From assembly GCA_035605575.1 (NCBI GenBank), contig DASTCJ010000114.1:1285-65284 (forward strand): DNA of 64,000 bases, in the 5' to 3' direction. The position numbers and the translations under genes are program-made. The DNA comes from Candidatus Methylomirabilota bacterium. GTDB lineage: Bacteria > Methylomirabilota > Methylomirabilia > Rokubacteriales > CSP1-6. The notes beneath the pieces were generated by a model, which saw only the letters and a program-made list of their open reading frames with translations, made no database searches and was not told where the DNA came from. Below, in pieces: positions 1-9,001 of this stretch; positions within the stretch are counted from its first letter, which is position 1, and each line of letters opens with the position of its first letter.

Positions 1-1809
1 GCGGACGGCGATCTCCAGTCGTCGACGCAGGGTTGTCAATGCCGCGCGCAGGCGCACCGGATCCTCGTCGCCGCCGGCCGATATCCGCACGGGCGCCACG
101 ACGCCGGCGATCTCGTGAACGAGCGCAATCTTCTCGGCCTGCTGCTCGGGGATGACGCTCAAGACGCTGACCACATCCGATACCGACGCGAGGCGCCCGA
201 ACGCATCCCGCTTCAGACGCAGGTCGTCGAGGGTGGTTGCCGACGACATCGCCGGGAAAGCGGAGCGACCCGAGGCGATGATCTTTCGCTCCCACGCCGA
301 GGATTCCGTGCCCTTTGCCTGGAGGTTCAGCCGGTTGTAGTCGAAGCGAACCATCGGCAGGGCCCACAGCGACAGGCCGGTCAGCACGACGGCGACCACG
401 ATGATCGGGCGTGAACGCGCCGTGAGCCGCTCGAGCACTCGCACGCCCGGACGCGAGGCCGGCGATGTGGCCGACGCGTTCGCGCCGCCCGGCGCGTCGC
501 TGCGGGCATCGAGGACGACGAGGACGGCCGGGAACAGCGTGACCATGGCGACGAAGGCGACGAAGATCGCCATGCCGCCGATGAAACCGAACTCGACGAT
601 GCCACGGAACTCCGTGAGGGTCAGCACCCCGAACGTTCCCGCGGCCGAGAGCGCGGAGAACAAGATGCCCGGACCGGCGCGAGCCGCGGTGATCTCGGCC
701 GCCGCCCGCGTGGCCCGGCCGAGACTTCGCTCCTCGTCGTAGCGGAACAGGAAGTAGATTCCGTAGTCGATGCCGATGCCGACAAAGAGCGAGATGAACA
801 TCACGGAGAACACGGTGAGATGCCCGACCGTCACGGTGATGATGCCCAGCGACCAGGCGAGGCTCACCAGCAGCACGAGGAACAAGACGAGCGACTTCGT
901 GAATCGCCGGAAGAGCAACAGAACTGCCGCCAGGACGAGGATGCACGACAGCGTGGTGGCCACGGCGCTGTCCTGGAACGCGGTGACCATCTCGTCGTTG
1001 GCGAGGGCCGGGGCGCCGGTGACTCCGGCCTCCAGGCCCGGAAACTCCGGGCGCAGCGCGGCGATGACCCGCCGGATGCCGGCGATGACGTGCTGGTTAT
1101 CGGTGAAGTTGCCGGCCTCCCGTCGCGGCTCGACGAGCATGAACAGCAGCTTGTTGTCGCCGGACAGGAAGTAGCCGGAGCGTTCCTCACGCTTGTCGGT
1201 GAAGAGCGAGCCCCAGGGTGACGGTCGCGGACCTTCGCGCTCGAGACGTTCATCGATGGTGGCCAGGAGTGTGTCGATGAACGTCGCGTCCAGGCGCGGG
1301 GGCTCGTCGTCCAGGCCGAGGTCGAGGAATCGGCCGGCAAACCGGCGGGTGATCTCCTTCTCGAGACCGGCGAGCAGCGCGGCCAGGGTCGGGTTCGCCG
1401 CGTATTCATCGAGGAGAGGCCGGTGCTCCCGGATCTTGTCCCGCAGCTCCGCCAGCTGCGTCGTCGACGCGTAGAGCAGCGCCCGTCCGGCGAACGCGTC
1501 CGGATCAATGCGATAGGTGACCCGGGCTCCCGACAGAGTCAGCCGGTCCGCCACACGCGCGGCGAAGGCCTTCGCCTGCTCGACGTCACTGGCCTCGACG
1601 GCGATGACGATGTCGTTCAGCTCGCCGAAGTCGCGCAGGTACTGCTTGAAGCGCTGCACGTACACGCGATCCTGCGGCAGCAGCTCGACGGCCGACGTCT
1701 GGAACGTCAGGGCGCGTGCAGTGTAGAAGATCCCGAGCCCGGCGAGCAGCACGCACAGGATGATGGTCAACACCGGACGGGCGATGGCCGCCCGGACCAC
1801 GTGGATCAT
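1..1809 (-). CDS. MMPL/RND-superfamily exporter (HpnN-like), N-terminal 603 codons; C-terminus lies beyond the left window edge
   Basis: Absent from the ORF track because the frame stays open to position 1. Reverse complement from 1809 reads MIHVVRAAIARPVLTIILCVLLAGLGIFYTARALTFQTSAVELLPQD... The later stretch ...FISLFVGIGIDYGIYFLFRYDEERSL (codons at 721-780) is the GxGxDYxI-x3-R-x2-EE membrane signature of MMPL transporters. Confidence 0.8.
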   Translation of the reverse strand, partial: MIHVVRAAIARPVLTIILCVLLAGLGIFYTARALTFQTSAVELLPQDRVYVQRFKQYLRDFGELNDIVIAVEASDVEQAKAFAARVADRLTLSGARVTYRIDPDAFAGRALLYASTTQLAELRDKIREHRPLLDEYAANPTLAALLAGLEKEITRRFAGRFLDLGLDDEPPRLDATFIDTLLATIDERLEREGPRPSPWGSLFTDKREERSGYFLSGDNKLLFMLVEPRREAGNFTDNQHVIAGIRRVIAALRPEFPGLEAGVTGAPALANDEMVTAFQDSAVATTLSCILVLAAVLLLFRRFTKSLVLFLVLLVSLAWSLGIITVTVGHLTVFSVMFISLFVGIGIDYGIYFLFRYDEERSLGRATRAAAEITAARAGPGILFSALSAAGTFGVLTLTEFRGIVEFGFIGGMAIFVAFVAMVTLFPAVLVVLDARSDAPGGANASATSPASRPGVRVLERLTARSRPIIVVAVVLTGLSLWALPMVRFDYNRLNLQAKGTESSAWERKIIASGRSAFPAMSSATTLDDLRLKRDAFGRLASVSDVVSVLSVIPEQQAEKIALVHEIAGVVAPVRISAGGDEDPVRLRAALTTLRRRLEIAVR

Positions 1810-1972
1810 CGCCGAAGGTCCGCGCCGATCACGGGCGTCTGGGTAGGAGCGGGGCCGGCGCCGTCACGAACCGATCGTCAGGTGCTGCGGCCCGCGATCC
1901 GGCACCCGGCGTGGATGCGTCTCCCCGAGCCCATGCGTTCGATGATATCGCGGGCCGCGAGACACCGTGCCC

Positions 1973-3238
1973 TCAGGCGGGCTCGGGATCGATCGCGAAG
2001 AACTCTCGATACGACCGGAAGCTCTGATCGAGCGACGGCCCGTCCAGCGCGAACCTTTTGAGATCATACGCGTGCCGCCCGTGCTTGTGCTGCGGATTGC
2101 CGGCCAGGTGTTGTCGCATCCGTAGCTCGGCCTCCGCCGTGAGCGGCAGCCCGAAGTGCGTGTAGATCTCGCGGATCGTCGCGATCGGATCGCTGACGAG
2201 ATCGTGGTAGCGGACGTCGAAGAAGCGCTCGGCCGGGATCGTGCCAGCCTGCCGGACGCGCAGGGCGCGCGCAAGGCCTTCGGTCCACGACTGCACGACT
2301 TCCCGCCCGATCTCCGGAAGGTCGAGCGGCTCCGCGAAGGCCGACTGCAGGCTCACGGTGAGGCTGGCCACGGAGCCGAGCGCAGTGCGCGGATCGCGGT
2401 GGGTCTGAACGACGAGCGCGTCCGGATAGATCGCGAAGAGCGAGTCCATGGCGTAGAAGTGCGCGGGGGCTTTCAGCACCCAGCGATTGTTGCGCGTGCG
2501 CGACTGCAAGTGCTCCAGAAATCGGCGGTGGTACACGTACGCGGGCCGCATGTCCTGCTTTTTCAGCCATGCCTGGTACGAGGGCAGGCGATACGTGGTG
2601 TGGAAACGTGAGCTGAGGAAGCTATGACTCAGGATGGCGATGCACTCGATGGCCAGACGCGCGCCGAGGGGGTGGATGGTCTTGAACTCGGGGGCGAGCC
2701 AGTCCAGCCACCGGAGCTGCCGCTCCGCGCGATCGATGCGTGGATCGGTCTCGTAGCCGGCGTCGTCGGGCGGGGGTGACGGCGCCATGACCTCCCAGGT
2801 CAGAGCGGCGCGACTGGCCGGGTCCTGCGAGATGAGATGATGGAGCAGCGTCGTGCCCGTCCGTGGCAGGCCAATGATGAACATCGGACGCTCGATGCGC
2901 TGCTCGGCGATGCCGGGATAACGCTTCCGGTCCTCGGCCAGACGCAGCCGTGTTGTGAGCAGTCCGAGCAGATCCTGGCGCGCCGCCAGGCGGCCCAGCA
3001 GCGTGAGGCGCGCTTCCGTCTGGAGGCCGTCCAGGATCAGGCGCAGCGGTTCGCGGAACTCGTCGCCGCCGAAATCGTCCAGACCGGTCGCGCGGCACGC
3101 AGCCTCCAGGAGCGAGTCCTCCTCGAGACTGACGGGTTCGATGCCGAGGCGGCGCAGGCCACGTCCGGCGGTGTTGACCAAATAGATGCCAGCCTGGAAG
3201 CTCGAAGTGCTCAGGCTCATCACGACCTCACCCTCCAT
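1973..3238 (-). CDS. sulfotransferase family protein
   Basis: 421-aa ORF. It has the PAPS-binding loop IIGLPRTGTTLLHHLI and a RWVLKAPAHF block typical of Sulfotransfer_3-type enzymes. ATG at 3238 overlaps the upstream stop (TGATG). Confidence 0.85.
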   Translation of the reverse strand: MEGEVVMSLSTSSFQAGIYLVNTAGRGLRRLGIEPVSLEEDSLLEAACRATGLDDFGGDEFREPLRLILDGLQTEARLTLLGRLAARQDLLGLLTTRLRLAEDRKRYPGIAEQRIERPMFIIGLPRTGTTLLHHLISQDPASRAALTWEVMAPSPPPDDAGYETDPRIDRAERQLRWLDWLAPEFKTIHPLGARLAIECIAILSHSFLSSRFHTTYRLPSYQAWLKKQDMRPAYVYHRRFLEHLQSRTRNNRWVLKAPAHFYAMDSLFAIYPDALVVQTHRDPRTALGSVASLTVSLQSAFAEPLDLPEIGREVVQSWTEGLARALRVRQAGTIPAERFFDVRYHDLVSDPIATIREIYTHFGLPLTAEAELRMRQHLAGNPQHKHGRHAYDLKRFALDGPSLDQSFRSYREFFAIDPEPA

Positions 3239-4884
3239 CAGTCATTGAAGATGAAATTCGCCTCTCGGTAGAAAATCAGGACGAGCGCGATCCCCACCAT
3301 CGCGAGACTGGCCGCGGCTCCGGCCCAGCGACTGGCCGGCGGTGTCAGTCGCAACTCGAGCCAGCGTGCCGCGGCCAGCAGCGCGGCCCCCGCCCCCATG
3401 GTCGAGTGCGTGACCTGGACGAGAAAGCTCGCCTTGCTCTGGAACGCGGCGTGAGAGTGCGTGAGGAGCAGCACGGCCCCCGCCCCGGCGAGCGCCGGCA
3501 GGACGTACGGCAGCGCCGGCACGCGGACCATCTGCGCCCGGGCGCGCCACTCGATGAAGCCGAGCGCCAGCACAAGCGCGGCGGCCATGCGGTGCTGCAG
3601 CCCCTCCGCGTCGATGTCCCACAAGGGCGTCGTACCGAATGGCCAGGCGCCCTCGTTTGCCGCCGCCCGTAGATAGACGAAGACGGCGAGAGCGATCAGA
3701 CCGAGCGGCCAATGCCGGTCTGCGCCTCGCCCGTGCGCGAGCGCGATCAACGCGAACAATCCGGTGCCGAGAAGGATGAGACCGGACACGTTGTGGCTGA
3801 AGTTTGACCAGAGGTACGCCTCGCGCGTCCGCTCCTTGCGCAAGGTCATCTCGCCACGGCTCCGCCGCATCGCCTCGACCGAAGGTGCCTGCAGCGACGG
3901 GACCTTGGGTCGGAAGACCTCGACGACATCGGCGATGTCGGCCGTGTCGACGGCCGGATGATCGGCCGCGGGCGGCTGGGCTGAGAGGCTGGTGGCAGCG
4001 AACAGGATGATCACGAGCAGGATCGTCTCTGCCTCGGCGAGTCGCGGAAGCCGTTCGCGGAGATCGTTGCCGTCGACGCGGCCAGCGCGCGCGATGCGGC
4101 GGGCGATGAACGCCAGACCGAGGACCGCGACGAGAAGCCCGGCCTTGGTGATCACCAGCGATCCGTAGCCCGTTCCGATCAGCGCTCGCCAGCTCTGGGT
4201 GTACGCCCAGGTCAACGGCAGCGCGCTGAGAAGCAGCACCGCCACCGCCGCCGCCGCCAGACCGGAGAACCGCCGGACGAGCGTGGGCCACGCCGCCGCG
4301 GCGTGCGCGTCGCGCCGGGTGAGCTGCCACAGGGCGCCGAGCTGCACAAGACCACCCAGCCAGGCCGCGGCCGCCACCTGATGAGCTACGGTCAGCAGCA
4401 TCAGCAGCCCGCTGTTGTCCAGGCGACCGGCTGCGTGGGTGAGCCACGCGCCGCTCGCCGCGAGGAACGCGCCCAGCACGCCGACCACGGTCCAGCCGCC
4501 GGCCGCTGCCGGTGTCGCGCGCAGTCGCCAGATCGTGACGACCAGGGCAAGGGCGACGACGATTCGCGCCAGGCCCGCACGGAAGGCGGCGGTCCCGAGC
4601 AGGTCGTCGATCGCCGGTCGAGCGAGCGTGACGGACAAGAGATAATTCTGCAGCACGAGTGCGGCCAGCTGGGCTGCCGCGAGGATGACGGCACCAACCG
4701 CGACGATATCCAGACAGCGCTTCGCGGCGCGCCACGACCCATCGCCGCCCCGAGGTGCGCGGAGCACCGCGACGCCCCACAGAACGCCGCCCGCCGCCAC
4801 CGCGAAGCCGAGCAAGACGATGGCGCGGAGGATCCCAGCGAGGAAGTCATGAAGGGTCAGGAGCATCGATGATCTCGTCGGCAC
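3238..4884 (-). CDS. CopD-family (copper resistance D-like) polytopic membrane protein with an extra C-terminal transmembrane domain
   Basis: 548-aa hydrophobic ORF. VAHQVAAAAWLGGLVQL and ...AATSLSAQPPA resemble CopD helices. The C-terminal ~230 aa form further TM helices of unknown family. Confidence 0.6.
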   Translation of the reverse strand: MPTRSSMLLTLHDFLAGILRAIVLLGFAVAAGGVLWGVAVLRAPRGGDGSWRAAKRCLDIVAVGAVILAAAQLAALVLQNYLLSVTLARPAIDDLLGTAAFRAGLARIVVALALVVTIWRLRATPAAAGGWTVVGVLGAFLAASGAWLTHAAGRLDNSGLLMLLTVAHQVAAAAWLGGLVQLGALWQLTRRDAHAAAAWPTLVRRFSGLAAAAVAVLLLSALPLTWAYTQSWRALIGTGYGSLVITKAGLLVAVLGLAFIARRIARAGRVDGNDLRERLPRLAEAETILLVIILFAATSLSAQPPAADHPAVDTADIADVVEVFRPKVPSLQAPSVEAMRRSRGEMTLRKERTREAYLWSNFSHNVSGLILLGTGLFALIALAHGRGADRHWPLGLIALAVFVYLRAAANEGAWPFGTTPLWDIDAEGLQHRMAAALVLALGFIEWRARAQMVRVPALPYVLPALAGAGAVLLLTHSHAAFQSKASFLVQVTHSTMGAGAALLAAARWLELRLTPPASRWAGAAASLAMVGIALVLIFYREANFIFND

Positions 4885-5239
4885 GCTCCGGAGCTATCCT
4901 CCGTGGTGTCCACCCGGATCTCCGCGTGTACCGGAACGTCGTACGGTGAATCATGCCGGTGAAAGGTCCGCAACGACCGCGCGCATGATGTGGAAGCTTG
5001 CTCAAGACCGAGAGGTCGAACGGCGTCGCGCTGTCGTGGTGCCGGGCAGCGAGGTCGCGCTGATCCTGCCCGCACGGCACGAGAGCGAGAAGCCGTAACC
5101 GACAACGATTGCGGTGAGAGGCCCGACGTCGAATCGCATAGGGTCGAGACTGCTCGCCAGCATCGTCATCATGGTCAGGATTCCGCTATCGGACCATGGT
5201 CGTAGGGCATTCAGTCGAGGCGACCGCCGCGTCTCTCTA

Positions 5240-5306
5240 CCTCGCGCGCCCTTTGGCACGCGCGAGGCGGACCCGAACTCCGCGGCTCTCAAACCACGAG
5301 CCGCGG
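5240..5306 (-). terminator. two GC-rich hairpins 3' of the glycine-rich gene (possible terminator lacking a U-tract)
   Basis: There are two perfect 9-bp inverted repeats. One is CCTCGCGCG/CGCGCGAGG at 5240-5248/5259-5267. The other is CCGCGGCTC/GAGCCGCGG at 5280-5288/5298-5306. Both lie just downstream of the stop at 5334. No clear U run follows. Confidence 0.35.
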
Positions 5307-5333
5307 GGCTCTCGGGTCACACGTTCCTACCGG

Positions 5334-6125
5334 CTAGCGTCCGAAATTCGTCGACTCTTCGATTGAAGCGTCGAAGGTGAATCCGTATGCCGCCATGCAA
5401 CGCATCTGCGCGCGTGCAACCGTTGCATCGATCGCGTCGAAGCTGAAGCCGCCATCGGGTTTCAGGAGGCTGATCGAGGTATCGCCGCTCTTGCAGAACG
5501 TGAAGACGTCGTACGTCCACTCCTGGTTGGGCCGGAGCAAAACCGTGCCCTGCCGCGCATAGCGCGCGAGCCGGAATCCGAGGGCGCTACGCGCATCCGT
5601 GCTTGCGACCGCGAAGTTCGAATCGCCCGGCACACCGGCGACGCTGACGCTGCTGATCCCGCCACCACCATTGCCGCCGTCACCGCCGGCCGCGCCCGCA
5701 CCACCATTGCCGCCGTCACCGCCGGCCGCGCCCGCACCACTGCCGGCGCCTGCTCCCGCCGAAGCCGCACCGCCGCCGGCGCCGCCGCTGCCCGATCCGC
5801 CAGAGCCACCACTGCCGGAGCCGCCAGTGCCGCCCCCACTGGCCGCGCCGCCTCCCGCTCCGCCCGAGCCGCCAGAGCCGGCGCCGCCATTACCGCCATT
5901 GCCGCCATTACCGCCATTACCGCCGCTGTTGCCGCCGTTGCCGCCACTGTTGCCGCCGTGGCCGCCATCACCACCGCCGACGCCGTTGCCGGCGCTCGAG
6001 CCGCCACCGTTACCGCTGTTCCCACCACCGGCGGACGAGCCGGGGCCGCTGCCGTCCTTCGCAAACGAGAACGTCGGTCCCAACGCCAATGTGAAAACGA
6101 TTCCGACAATCAACATCCTTCGCAT
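5334..6125 (-). CDS. secreted glycine-rich repeat protein with a unique C-terminal domain
   Basis: 263-aa ORF. It has a signal-peptide-like N-terminus (MRRMLIVGIVFTLALGPTFSFA), about 140 aa of GGN/GSG repeats, then a non-repetitive ~100-aa C-terminal domain. No family recognised. Confidence 0.7.
   Translation of the reverse strand: MRRMLIVGIVFTLALGPTFSFAKDGSGPGSSAGGGNSGNGGGSSAGNGVGGGDGGHGGNSGGNGGNSGGNGGNGGNGGNGGAGSGGSGGAGGGAASGGGTGGSGSGGSGGSGSGGAGGGAASAGAGAGSGAGAAGGDGGNGGAGAAGGDGGNGGGGISSVSVAGVPGDSNFAVASTDARSALGFRLARYARQGTVLLRPNQEWTYDVFTFCKSGDTSISLLKPDGGFSFDAIDATVARAQMRCMAAYGFTFDASIEESTNFGR
5640..6050 (-). repeat. coding GGN-type micro/minisatellite, including a perfect 36-nt tandem duplication (5665-5700 / 5701-5736)
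   Basis: The unit ccaccattgccgccgtcaccgccggccgcgcccgca occurs twice in tandem and encodes GAGAAGGDGGNG x2. It is flanked by 9-12-nt ccgccattaccgcc-type repeats. Confidence 0.85.
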
Positions 6126-6448
6126 AGCGACACGTTCCTCCCCCGTTGCATGCGCTGCGCTCGCAGTTCGATATCCGTGCGCGTCATCGACTGCACGTAC
6201 CGATTGCGACTGCTATTGCGGCGTTATGCGGCATGCGGCAGGGCGGGCACAATCAGCCTGAGGGCATAGACACTTCGATGCACGCAAATCTATATCGACG
6301 GTTGAGCCGACGCGGCTCGCGGATTTCGCGGTGCAACACCGGAGGAAGAAGCTGCAGTCGCGGGCAGAGACGCCGCGGCGAGGCCGCGTCAGACCGACGC
6401 TATGACGGCGGCGCTGCGCTCCGTCGTGCGTCGACTACCGTCGCGCAT

Positions 6449-6976
6449 TCAGTCGCCGAGAAACTTGAAGAAGAACGTGGTCGCGCACGAGCGTCCGTCC
6501 GGCCACAGCGCGTAGCTCGGAATCTCGCCGCAGCGCCGCCAGCCGTTTCGCGCGTACAGCCGCTCGGCGTCGTCGCTCGCCGTATCGAGCACGAGCAGGG
6601 TTTTGCCCGCCTGGCGCGCGCCGTCCTCGGCGGCCGCGAGCAGCGCCGCGCCGAGTCCGCGACGACGCGCGCGCCGGTGCACGAGCATCTTGGCGTGGTC
6701 GCCGCGATGCGGCTGGTTCTCAGGCTGCGCCAGGATGATCTGCACGGTGCCGACGATGGTGCCGGCGCCATCCTCGGCCGCGAACACCAGTCGCTCGCCG
6801 CGCGCGACGGCCGCCGCGGCGCCGCGCCAGAACCGGTCCGCCTTCGCGCGGGTCATCGGCAGCATGAAGCTCACCGACGCGCCGCCCTCGACGCAGTCGA
6901 TCAACACGTCGCTGAGACCGTCGATCTCGCGCTCACCGATCGTCTCGAGCACGCGAATGCGGATGGCGTCGGACAC
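6449..6976 (-). CDS. GNAT family N-acetyltransferase
   Basis: 175-aa ORF with the acetyl-CoA motif HRRARRRGLGAALLAAAE and a GWRRCGEIP tail. Confidence 0.9.
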   Translation of the reverse strand: MSDAIRIRVLETIGEREIDGLSDVLIDCVEGGASVSFMLPMTRAKADRFWRGAAAAVARGERLVFAAEDGAGTIVGTVQIILAQPENQPHRGDHAKMLVHRRARRRGLGAALLAAAEDGARQAGKTLLVLDTASDDAERLYARNGWRRCGEIPSYALWPDGRSCATTFFFKFLGD

Positions 6977-7399
6977 GGTTCGGCTCAGCGCGCTACGACG
7001 GCACGGCCGTCATCGACGGCCGCTGGTCGGAACGCGTCGGCGGTGATCATCTTCAACGGGTCGCGATCCGACTCGCGAAGAGCCGGGTCATGTCGAGCGC
7101 CAGCGCGATCATGCCGATCAGGTACACCGCCGCCAGCGCATTGGCGCGTGCGGTAGGTGGGTATCTGAGAAGTTCGGCGCCACATTGAGCGGATCACTGT
7201 ACCACCGGCTCGGAACGGAGAGCCATTGGTGCCGGCGGATTGTGGCAAGGCCGCAGCCGAGAAAGCGAGAACGATATCTCCCGATGGCCGCCCCGCGGAT
7301 TGTCCACGGCCGAACTTCGTCCTCGCCAAGCCCGTGACGCACCCGCGCGTTGCGGCTGGCCGTCGGACGCGGCAGCGCTGCTGCCGCGGTGACCCGGGG

Positions 7400-7588
7400 C
7401 TACGCGCGTCGTCGAACGCGCGCGGGCGGCGGAGGCGTCGGGCCCTTGCGCGCCGGTGCCGCGACGGGCGGCTTCACCTCGACCAGCGGCTTTTCCGACG
7501 CGTTCTTGAGGATGGTGCGAAAGCGCTCACGGACGCGCTCAACATCGGCCGGTGTGAACACCGACTTCGGGCGATGACGTGCGATCAC
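7400..7588 (-). CDS. small hypothetical protein (62 aa)
   Basis: This is the C-terminal part of track ORF 7400..8020. An in-frame GTG at 7588 lies 5 nt after GGGAGG. Product: VIARHRPKSVFTPADVERVRERFRTILKNASEKPLVEVKPP.... No homology recognised. Confidence 0.4.
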   Translation of the reverse strand: MIARHRPKSVFTPADVERVRERFRTILKNASEKPLVEVKPPVAAPARKGPTPPPPARVRRRA

Positions 7589-7832
7589 TCGAGCCTCCCG
7601 GATAGTACGAGCAACTCGCTGCGGCCGGCAGCAGCGGACGGTCCGAGCTCCTGACACATCGGTTGCGCCCGGCGTGCCAGACGCGAAGTTTGTGGGGCTC
7701 GCAATGAAAACGGACGGTTTCACGCGCGGCCGCGTCGTGTACGCATATCGCCTCACCAATGGGCGCTCGTTCGGTGCATGGCGACCGCGCAGGATTTGCA
7801 CCGGCGCACCCCATCCATCTACCCTGGGCGCC

Positions 7833-8972
7833 ATGACGCTCCATCGGAGCATCGTCATCCTCGTGCTCGTGCTGCTGGTCGGGCCGGCGTCCGCGCAGCA
7901 GGCGCCGCGCTCGCCGACGCCGAAGCCGGTTCCGCTTCCCGCCCGTACGACGAACGTCGTCGCCGGACTCGAACATCCATGGGCTGTGGCATTCCTGCCG
8001 GACGGTCGCATGCTGATCACCGAGCGTCCGGGCCGCCTGCGACTGGCGAGCCGCGACGGGAAAATTTCGGCGCCGCTCGTCGGCGTCCCGGCCGTGCTCG
8101 CGCGCGGGCAAGGCGGACTGCTCGACGTCTCGCTGAGCCCAGGCTTCGCACAGGATCGGCTCGTCTATCTCTCCTTCGCCGAGCCGGGCGGTGCAGGCGG
8201 CGGGACCGCGGTCGCGCGCGGGCGCCTCGGCGAGCAAGGTCTCGAGGGCACGCAGGTGATCTGGCGTCAGCAGCCGAAGCTCAGCGGCTACAACCACTGG
8301 GGCTCGCGGCTGGTCTGGCGCCCGGACGGCACCCTCTTCATCACGCTCGGGGAGCGTTTTCAGCATCCGGAGCTCGCGCAGGATCTATCCACGACGGTCG
8401 GCAAGATCGTGCGCATCAACGCCGACGGGTCGATCCCGCGGGACAATCCGTTCGTCGGACGCGCCGACGTGCGGCCCGAGGTCTGGTCGTATGGACACCG
8501 CAACGTGCAGGCCGCGGCGCTGGACGCCGCCGGTGAGCTGTGGACGGTGGAGCATGGCGCGCGTGGCGGCGATGAGCTCAACAATCCCCAGCCGGGTCGC
8601 AACTACGGCTGGCCCGTGATCACCTACGGTGTCGATTACTCCGGTGCGCGCATCGGATACGGCACCTCGGCCACCGGCATGGAGCAGCCGGTGTACTACT
8701 GGGATCCAGTGATCGCGCCATCCGGTGCCGTCTTCTACACCGGCGACGCGTTTCCCGAGTGGCGCGGCGATCTGTTCGTCGGATCGCTGCAGCCCGGCCG
8801 TCTCGTGCGCCTGCGGCTCCGGGATCACCGCGTCGTGGACGAGGAGCGCTACGTGATCGATCCGGGCGAGCGCATCCGCGACGTCCGGCAGGGTCCTGAC
8901 GGGCTGCTCTATGTCCTCACCGACAATCCGAGAGGCCGGCTCATCCGTCTCGAGCCGCTGAACCGTCGCTGA
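7833..8972 (+). CDS. PQQ-dependent sugar dehydrogenase (YliI/soluble aldose dehydrogenase family)
   Basis: Track ORF 7674..8972. The internal ATG at 7833 gives a signal peptide (MTLHRSIVILVLVLLVGPASAQQ). Motifs: GLEHPWAVAFLPDGRMLITERPGRL, WSYGHRN, NYGWP. Confidence 0.9.
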   Translation: MTLHRSIVILVLVLLVGPASAQQAPRSPTPKPVPLPARTTNVVAGLEHPWAVAFLPDGRMLITERPGRLRLASRDGKISAPLVGVPAVLARGQGGLLDVSLSPGFAQDRLVYLSFAEPGGAGGGTAVARGRLGEQGLEGTQVIWRQQPKLSGYNHWGSRLVWRPDGTLFITLGERFQHPELAQDLSTTVGKIVRINADGSIPRDNPFVGRADVRPEVWSYGHRNVQAAALDAAGELWTVEHGARGGDELNNPQPGRNYGWPVITYGVDYSGARIGYGTSATGMEQPVYYWDPVIAPSGAVFYTGDAFPEWRGDLFVGSLQPGRLVRLRLRDHRVVDEERYVIDPGERIRDVRQGPDGLLYVLTDNPRGRLIRLEPLNRR

Positions 8973-9001
8973 GACGCGGCTGTCACCGGCCTCGGCGTTG
9001 C

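Noticed and set aside
5616-5624. GTTCGAATC, which resembles a tRNA T-loop
   Set aside because: The flanks cannot form a T-stem or the rest of a cloverleaf, and it lies inside the glycine-rich CDS. I found no tRNA anywhere in the window by eye.
5599-6261. 220-aa proline-rich plus-strand ORF
   Set aside because: It is the mirror image (CCN from GGN) of the glycine-repeat gene on the minus strand. Only the minus-strand product has a signal peptide, a non-repetitive domain and a sensible stop context.
7165-7170. CTGAGA motif reminiscent of a TPP riboswitch, and a CACTGT reminiscent of a cobalamin element
   Set aside because: The other conserved cores (ACCUGAUCUGGAUAAUGCCAGCG, or the B12 box) are absent, and no thiamine or cobalamin gene lies downstream on either strand.
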